NCBI GenBank assembly: GCA_965228875.1
Contig: OZ245843.1
Location: forward strand, 1,594,616-1,658,615
DNA length: 64,000 nt
Origin: Thalassobaculaceae bacterium
GTDB lineage: Bacteria; Pseudomonadota; Alphaproteobacteria; Thalassobaculales; Thalassobaculaceae
Direction of reading: 5' to 3'
The notes under the pieces were generated by a model. It ran no database searches. It was not told the origin of the DNA and saw nothing but the letters and a program-made list of their open reading frames with translations. The position numbers and the translations under genes were made by a program. Below, one piece after another: positions 37,201 through 46,200 of this stretch; position 1 is the first letter of the stretch; each line of letters begins with the position of its first letter.

Positions 37201-40200
37201 GTCGCCGTTGCCCGCGTCGACGGTGTTCGTCCCGTCGCCGACCTCGACCCGGTCGTCGCCTGAACCCACCGTCACCGCATCGCTGCCGCGGCCGGCATAC
37301 ACCTCGTTGTCGCCGGAGCCGGCCCTGATCGTGTTGTTGCCGTCACCCGCGCGGATCGTGTCGTCGTCGTTCCCCGACGCGATGCTGTCCGACCCCGAAC
37401 CCGCGCTCACCAGATTATCGCCGGAGCCCGCGTTCACCCGGTTGTTGCCGTCGCCGGCGTAGATCGTATCCCGACCAGAGCCGCCGGAGATCGTGTCGCG
37501 GCCCGAACCGGCCGACACATAGTCGTTGCCGGAGCCCGCAGCGACTCGGTTGTCGCCGTCGCCGGCATACACGGTGTCCCGACCCGAACCGGCCGTCACC
37601 GTGTCATTGCCGCTGCCGACGTCGACCCGGTCGTCGCCGGAACCCACCGTCACCGCATCGCTGCCGCGACCCGTCGTGACCTGGTTGTCCCCGTTGCCGG
37701 CACGGATCGTGTTGTTGCCGTCGCCCGCACGGATCGTGTCGTCGTCGTTCCCGGACGCGATGCTGTCCGACCCCGAACCCGCGCTCACAAGGTTGTCACC
37801 GGAGCCCGCGTTCACCCGGTTGTTGCCGTCACCGGCGTAGATCGTGTCCCGACCCGAACCGCCGGAGATCGTGTCGCGGCCGCTGCCAGCGCTCACGTAA
37901 TCGTTGCCGGAGCCCGTCGTCACCCGGTTGTCGCCCGAGCCCGCCACGATCGTGTCGTCGCCACGGCCGGTCGCGATCCGGTCATTGCCGGACCCACTGA
38001 CCACCCGGTTATCACCATCGCCCGCCGACACCGTGTTGTGGCCGTCGCCGACCTCAACCCGGTCGTCGCCGCCGCCAACCGTCACCGCGTCGCTGCCGCG
38101 GCCGGCATAGACCTCGTTGTCGCCGGAGCCGGCCTTGATCGTGTTGTTGCCGTCACCTGCACGGATGGTGTCGTCGTCGTTGCCGGATGCGATGCTGTCC
38201 GAACCCGAACCCGCGCTCACAAGGTTGTCGCCGGAGCCCGCGTTCACCCGGTTGTTGCCGTCACCGGCGTAGATCGTGTCCCGACCCGAACCGCCGGAGA
38301 TCGTGTCGCGGCCGCTGCCAGCGCTCACGTAATCGTTGCCGGAGCCCGTCGTCACACGGTTGTCGCCCGAACCCGCCACGATCGTGTCGTCGCCACGGCC
38401 GGTCGTCACACGGTCGTTGCCGGACCCGCTGACCACCCGGTTGTCGCCGTCGCCCGCCGACACCGTGTTGTGGCCGTCGCCGACCTCAACCCGGTCATCG
38501 CCGCCGCCAACCGTCACCGCGTCGCTGCCGCGACCGGCATACACCTCGTTGTCGCCGTTGCCGGCTCGCACCGTATTGTTGCCGTCGCCCGCGCGGATCG
38601 TGTCGTCGTCGTTGCCGGACGCGATGCTGTCCGAACCCGAACCCGCGCTCACCAGGTTGTCGCCGTCGCCCGCGTTCACCCGGTTGTTGCCGTCGCCGGC
38701 GTAGATCGTATCCCGACCAGAGCCGCCCGAGATCGTGTCACGGCCCGAACCGGCCGACACATAGTCGTTGCCGGAGCCCGTCGTCACCCGGTTGTCGCCC
38801 GAGCCCGCAACGATCGTGTCGTCGCCACGGCCGGTCGTCACACGGTCGTTGCCGGACCCGCTGACCACCCGGTTGTCGCCGTCGCCCGCCGACACCGTGT
38901 TGTGGCCGTCGCCGACCTCGACCCGGTCGTCGCCGCCGCCAACCGTCACCGCATCGCTGCCGCGACCGGCATACACCTCGTTGTCGCCGTTGCCGGCTCG
39001 CACCGTATTGTTGCCGTCGCCCGCGCGGATCGTGTCGTCGTCGTTGCCGGACGCGATGCTGTCCGACCCCGAACCCGCGCTCACAAGGTTGTCGCCGGAG
39101 CCCGCGTTCACCCGGTTGTTGCCGTCGCCGGCGTAGATCGTGTCACGACCCGAACCGCCGGAGATCGTGTCGCGGCCGCTGCCGGCCGACACGTAGTCGT
39201 TGCCGGAGCCCGCAGCGACTCGGTTGTCGCCGTCGCCGGCATACACGGTGTCTCGACCCGAACCGGCCGTCACCGTGTCATTGCCGCTGCCGACCTCGAC
39301 CCGGTCGTCGCCGGAACCCACCGTCACCGCATCGCTACCGCGACCCGTCGTGACCTGGTTGTCGCCGTTGCCGGCACGGATCGTGTTGTTGCCGTCGCCC
39401 GCACGGATCGTGTCGTCGTCGTTCCCGGACGCGATGCTGTCCGAACCCGAACCCGCGCTCACCAGGTTGTCGCCCGAGCCCGCGTTCACCCGGTTGTTGC
39501 CGTCACCGGCGTAGATCGTGTCCCGGCCCGAGCCGCCCGAGATTGTGTCCCGACCGCTGCCAGCGCTCACGTAATCGTTGCCGGAGCCCGTCGTCACCCG
39601 GTTATCGCCCGAGCCCGCCACGATCGTGTCGTCGCCACGGCCGGCCGCGATCCGGTCATTGCCGGACCCGCTGACCACCCGGTTGTCGCCATCGCCCGCC
39701 GACACCGTGTTGTGGCCGTCGCCGACCTCAACCCGGTCGTCGCCGCCGCCAACCGTCACCGCATCGCTGCCGCGACCGGCATACACCTCGTTGTCCCCGT
39801 TGCCGGCCTTGATCGTGTTGTTGCCGTCACCCGCACGGATCGTGTCGTCGTCATTGCCCGACGCGATGCTGTCCGACCCCGAACCCGCGCTCACAAGGTT
39901 GTCGCCGGAGCCCGCGTTCACCCGGTTGTTGCCGTCGCCGGCATAGATCGTGTCCCGGCCAGAGCCGCCAGAGATCGTGTCCCGGCCGCTGCCGGCCGAC
40001 ACATAGTCGTTGCCGGAGCCCGTCGTCACCCGGTTGTCGCCCGAGCCCGCAACGATCGTGTCGTCGCCACGGCCGGTCGTCACACGGTCGTTGCCGGACC
40101 CGCTGACCACCCGGTTGTCACCGTCGCCAGCCGACACCGTGTTGTGGCCGTCGCCGACCTCAACCCGGTCGTCGCCGCCGCCAACCGTCACCGCATCGCT

Positions 40201-43200
40201 GCCGCGACCGGCATAGACCTCGTTGTCCCCGTTGCCCGCACGGATCGTGTTGTTGCCGTCGCCCGCGCGGATCGTGTCGTCGTCATTGCCCGACGCGATG
40301 CTGTCCGACCCCGAACCCGCGCTCACCAGGTTGTCGCCGGAACCGGCGTTCACCCGGTTGTTGCCGTCCCCGGCGTAGATCGTGTCCCGGCCCGAGCCGC
40401 CCGAGATCGTGTCCCGACCACTGCCGGCCGACACGTAGTCGTTGCCGGAGCCCGTCGTCACCCGGTTGTCGCCCGAGCCCGCCACGATCGTGTCGTCGCC
40501 ACGGCCGGTCGTCACACGGTCGTTGCCGGACCCGCTGACCACCCGGTTGTCACCGTCGCCAGCCGACACCGTGTTGTGGCCGTCGCCGACCTCAACCCGG
40601 TCGGCGCCGCCGCCAACCGTCACCGCATCGCTGCCGCGGCCGGCATAGATCTCGTTGTCGCCGTTGCCGGCCTTGATCGTGTTGTTGCCGTCACCCGCGC
40701 GGATCGTGTCGTCGTCGTTCCCCGACGCGATGCTGTCCGACCCCGAGCCCGCGCTCACCAGGTTGTCGCCGGAACCGGCGTTCACCCGGTTGTTGCCGTC
40801 GCCGGCGTAGATCGTGTCCCGACCCGAGCCGCCCGAGATCGTGTCGCGGCCGCTGCCGGCCGACACGTAGTCGTTGCCGGAGCCCGTCGTCACACGGTTG
40901 TCGCCCGAACCCGCCACGACCGTGTCGTCGCCACGGCCCGTCGTCACACGGTCGTTGCCGGACCCGCTGACCACCCGGTTGTCACCGTCGCCCGCCGACA
41001 CCGTGTTGTGGCCGTCGCCGACCTCGACCCGGTCGTCGCCGCCGCCAACCGTCACCGCATCGCTGCCGCGACCCGTCGTGACCTGGTTGTCGCCGTTGCC
41101 GGCCTTGATCGTGTTGTTGCCGTCACCCGCACGGATGGTGTCGTCGTCGTTCCCCGACGCGATGCTGTCCGACCCCGAACCCGCGCTCACCAGGTTGTCG
41201 CCGGAACCGGCGTTCACCCGGTTGTTGCCGTCGCCGGCGTAGATCGTGTCACGACCCGAACCGCCGGAGATCGTGTCGCGGCCGCTGCCGGCCGACACGT
41301 AGTCGTTGCCGGAGCCCGCAGCGACTCGGTTGTCGCCGTCGCCGGCATACACGGTGTCTCGACCCGAACCGGCCGTCACCGTGTCATTGCCGCTGCCGAC
41401 CTCGACCCGGTCGTCGCCGGAACCCACCGTCACCGCATCGCTACCGCGACCCGTCGTGACCTGGTTGTCGCCGTTGCCGGCACGGATCGTGTTGTTGCCG
41501 TCGCCCGCACGGATCGTGTCGTCGTCGTTCCCGGACGCGATGCTGTCCGAACCCGAACCCGCGCTCACCAGGTTGTCGCCCGAGCCCGCGTTCACCCGGT
41601 TGTTGCCGTCACCGGCGTAGATCGTGTCCCGGCCCGAGCCGCCCGAGATTGTGTCCCGACCGCTGCCAGCGCTCACGTAATCGTTGCCGGAGCCCGTCGT
41701 CACCCGGTTATCGCCCGAGCCCGCCACGATCGTGTCGTCGCCACGGCCGGCCGCGATCCGGTCATTGCCGGACCCGCTGACCACCCGGTTGTCGCCATCG
41801 CCCGCCGACACCGTGTTGTGGCCGTCGCCGACCTCGACCCGGTCGTCGCCGCCGCCAACCGTCACCGCATCGCTGCCGCGACCGGCATAGACTTCGTTGT
41901 CGCCCGAGCCGGCCTTGATCGTGTTGTTGCCATCGCCCGCGCGGATCGTGTCGTCGTCATTGCCGGATGCGATGCTGTCCGAACCGGAACCCGCGCTCAC
42001 AAGGTTGTCGCCGGAGCCCGCGTTCACCCGGTTGTTGCCGTCGCCGGCATAGATCGTGTCCCGACCCGAACCGCCCGAGATCGTGTCGCGCCCCGAACCG
42101 GCCGACACGTAGTCGTTGCCGGAGCCCGTCGTCACCCGGTTGTCGCCCGAGCCCGCCACGATCGTGTCGTCGCCACGGCCGGTCGCGATCCGGTCGTTGC
42201 CGGACCCGCTCACCACACGGTTGTCGCCGTCGCCCGCCGACACCGTGTTGTGGCCGTCGCCGACCTCGACCCGGTCGTCGCCGCCGCCAACCGTCACCGC
42301 ATCGCTGCCGCGACCCGTCGTGACCTGGTTGTCCCCGTTGCCGGCCTTGATCGTATTGTTGCCGTCACCCGCGCGGATCGTGTCGTCGTCATTGCCGGAC
42401 GCGATGCTGTCCGAACCCGAACCCGCGCTCACAAGGTTGTCGCCAGAGCCCGCGTTGACGACGTTGTTGCCGTCCCCGGCATAGATCGTGTCCCGACCCG
42501 AGCCGCCCGAGATCGTGTCCCGACCGCTGCCGGCCGACACGTAGTCGTTGCCGGAGCCCGTCGTCACACGGTTATCGCCCGAGCCCGCAACGATCGTGTC
42601 GTCGCCACGGCCCGTCGTCACACGGTCGTTGCCCGAGCCGCTGACCACCCGGTTGTCGCCGTCGCCCGCCGACACCGTGTTGTGGCCGTCGCCGACCTCA
42701 ACCCGGTCGTCGCCGCCGCCAACCGTCACCGCGTCGCTGCCGCGGCCGGCATAGACCTCGTTGTCGCCGGAGCCGGCCTTGATCGTGTTGTTGCCGTCAC
42801 CCGCGCGGATCGTGTCGTCGTCGTTCCCCGACGCGATGCTGTCCGAACCCGAACCCGCGCTCACCAGGTTGTCGCCGGAGCCCGCGTTGACGACGTTGTT
42901 GCCGTCGCCGGCGTAGATCGTGTCCCGACCCGAACCACCCGAGATCGTGTCCCGGCCGCTGCCAGCGCTCACGTAATCGTTGCCCGACCCCGTCGTCACC
43001 CGGTTGTCGCCCGAACCCGCCACGATCGTGTCGTCGCCACGGCCCGTCGTCACACGGTCGTTGCCGGACCCGCTGACCACCCGGTTGTCGCCGTCACCCG
43101 CCGACACCGTGTTGTGGCCGTCGCCGACCTCAACCCGGTCGTCGCCGCCGCCAACCGTCACCGCATCGCTGCCGCGGCCGGCATAGACCTCGTTGTCGCC

Positions 43201-46200
43201 AGAGCCGGCCTTAATCGTGTTGTTGCCGTCACCCGCACGGATGGTGTCGTCGTCATTGCCCGACGCGATGCTGTCCGAACCGGAGCCCGCGCTCACCAGG
43301 TTGTCGCCAGAGCCGGCGTTCACCCGGTTGTTGCCGTCACCGGCATAGATCGTGTCCCGACCCGAGCCGCCCGAGATCGTGTCCCGGCCGCTGCCGGCCG
43401 ACACGTAGTCGTTGCCGGAGCCCGTCGTCACCCGGTTGTCGCCCGAGCCCGCAACGATCGTGTCGTCGCCACGGCCGGTCGCGATCCGGTCGTTGCCGGA
43501 CCCGCTGACCACCCGGTTGTCGCCGTCACCCGCCGACACCGTGTTGTGGCCGTCGCCGACCTCAACCCGGTCGTCGCCGCCGCCAACCGTCACCGCGTCA
43601 CTGCCGCGACCGGCATAGACTTCGTTGTCGCCGGAGCCGGCCTTGATCGTGTTGTTGCCATCGCCCGCGCGGATCGTGTCGTCGTCATTGCCCGACGCGA
43701 TGCTGTCCGAACCGGAGCCCGCGCTCACCAGGTTGTCGCCAGAGCCGGCGTTCACCCGGTTGTTGCCGTCACCGGCATAGATCGTATCCCGACCCGAACC
43801 GCCCGAGATCGTGTCCCGGCCACTGCCAGCCGACACGTAGTCGTTGCCGGAGCCCGTCGTCACCCGGTTGTCGCCCGAGCCCGCCACGATCGTGTCGTCG
43901 CCACGGCCGGTCGCGATCCGGTCGTTGCCGGACCCGCTGACCACCCGGTTGTCGCCGTCGCCCGCCGACACCGTGTTGTGGCCGTCGCCGACCTCAACCC
44001 GGTCGTCGCCGCCGCCAACCGTCACCGCGTCACTGCCGCGACCGGCATAGACTTCGTTGTCGCCGGAGCCGGCCTTGATCGTGTTGTTGCCATCGCCCGC
44101 GCGGATCGTGTCGTCGTCATTGCCCGACGCGATGCTGTCCGAACCGGAGCCCGCGCTCACCAGGTTGTCGCCAGAGCCGGCGTTCACCCGGTTGTTGCCG
44201 TCACCGGCATAGATCGTATCCCGACCCGAACCGCCCGAGATCGTGTCCCGGCCACTGCCAGCCGACACGTAGTCGTTGCCGGAGCCCGTCGTCACCCGGT
44301 TGTCGCCCGAGCCCGCCACGATCGTGTCGTCGCCACGGCCGGTCGCGATCCGGTCGTTCCCGGACCCGCTGACCACCCGGTTGTCGCCGTCGCCCGCCGA
44401 CACCGTGTTGTGGCCGTCGCCGACCTCAACCCGGTCGTCGCCGCCGCCAACCGTCACCGCATCGCTGCCGCGACCGGCATACACCTCGTTGTCGCCGTTG
44501 CCGGCCCTGATCGTGTTGTTGCCGTCACCCGCGCGGATCGTGTCGTCGTCATTGCCGGACGCGATGCTGTCCGAACCGGAGCCCGCGCTCACCAGATTAT
44601 CGCCGGAGCCCGCGTTCACCCGGTTGTTGCCGTCACCGGCATAGATCGTGTCCCGACCCGAACCGCCCGAGATCGTGTCACGGCCGCTGCCGGCCGACAC
44701 ATAGTCGTTGCCGGAGCCCGTCGTCACCCGGTTGTCGCCCGAACCCGCCAGGATCGTGTCGCGGCCCGAGCCCGTCTCGATCCGGTCGTTGCCCGAACCC
44801 GTCTCCACACGGTTGTTACCGTCGCCCGCATCCACCGTGTCATGGCCGCGGCCGGTGTAGACCTGGTCGTCGCCGCCAGCCACGTCCACGCGGTTGTTCC
44901 CGTCGCCCGCACGAACCGTGTCGTCGTCGTTGCCCGCCGAGATGCTGTCCGAACCCGAACCCGCGCTCACAAGATTGTCGCCCGAGCCCGCGCGAACCGT
45001 GTTGTTGCCGTCGCCGGCGTAGATCGTATCCCGACCAGAGCCGCCCGAGATCGTGTCACGGCCGCTGCCAGCGCTCACGTAGTCGTTGCCGGAGCCCGCC
45101 TCCACGCGGTTGTCGCCCGAACCCGCCAGGATCGTGTCGCGGCCCGAGCCCGTCTCGATCCGGTCGTTGCCCGAACCCGTCTCCACGCGGTTGTTACCGT
45201 CGCCCGCGTCCACCGTGTCATGGCCACGGCCGGTGTAGACCTGGTCGTCGCCGCCGGCCACGTCCACACGGTTGTTCCCGTCGCCCGCGCGAACCGTGTC
45301 GTCGTCCTTGCCCGCCGAGATGCTGTCGGAGCCCGAACCCGCGCTCACAAGGTTGTCGCCCGAGCCCGCCCGAACCGTGTTGTTGCCGTCACCGGCATAG
45401 ATCGTGTCCCGACCCGAGCCGCCCGAGATCGTGTCCCGGCCGCTGCCAGCGCTCACGTAGTCGTTGCCGGAGCCCGCCTCCACGCGGTTGTCGCCGGAAC
45501 CCGCCAGGATCCGATCATTGCCGGCGCCGGCATCGATGCGATCATCGCCACGACTGCCCGAAAGGGTGTCGTTTGCCGGCGTCCCCGACATCCGCTCGGG
45601 TCGGTTCTGGTTTCCCTGAGGCCGATCCCCGCCGCCAGCGGCCGTATCGTCGCCGCCGGACGTGGTGTCCTCACCCGAGCCCACCGTGTCGTCGCCGCCG
45701 GTCGTGGTGTCGTCGCCCGATCCGACCGTATCGTCGCCGCCGGACGTGGTGTCGTCGCCAGAACCGACCGTATCGTCGCCGCCGGTCGTCGTGTCGTCGC
45801 CAGAACCGACCGTGTCGTCGCCGCCGGTCGTCGTGTCGTCGTCCGAGCCCAACGTGTCGTCGCCGCCGGACGTGGTGTCGTCGCCAGAACCGACCGTGTC
45901 GTCGCCGCCGGTCGTCGTATCGTCGCCAGAACCGACCGTATCGTCCTCGCCGGTCGTCGTATCGTCGCCCGAGCCCACCGTGTCGTCGCCGCCGGTCGTG
46001 GTGTCCTCACCAGAACCGACCGTGTCGTCGCCGCCGGTCGTGGTGTCGTCGCCCGATCCGACCGTATCGTCGCCGCCGGTCGTCGTGTCGTCGCCAGAAC
46101 CGACCGTGTCGTCGCCGCCGGTCGTCGTGTCGTCGCCCGAGCCCACCGTGTCGTCGCCGCCGGACGTGGTGTCCTCACCCGAGCCCACCGTGTCGCCGCC

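Noticed and set aside
37526..44644. Regularly spaced short + strand ORFs (MPEP...) and the periodic repeats as a possible CRISPR or gene array
   Set aside because: They are alternative-frame readings of the 432/378-bp coding modules; there are no unique spacers and no cas genes.
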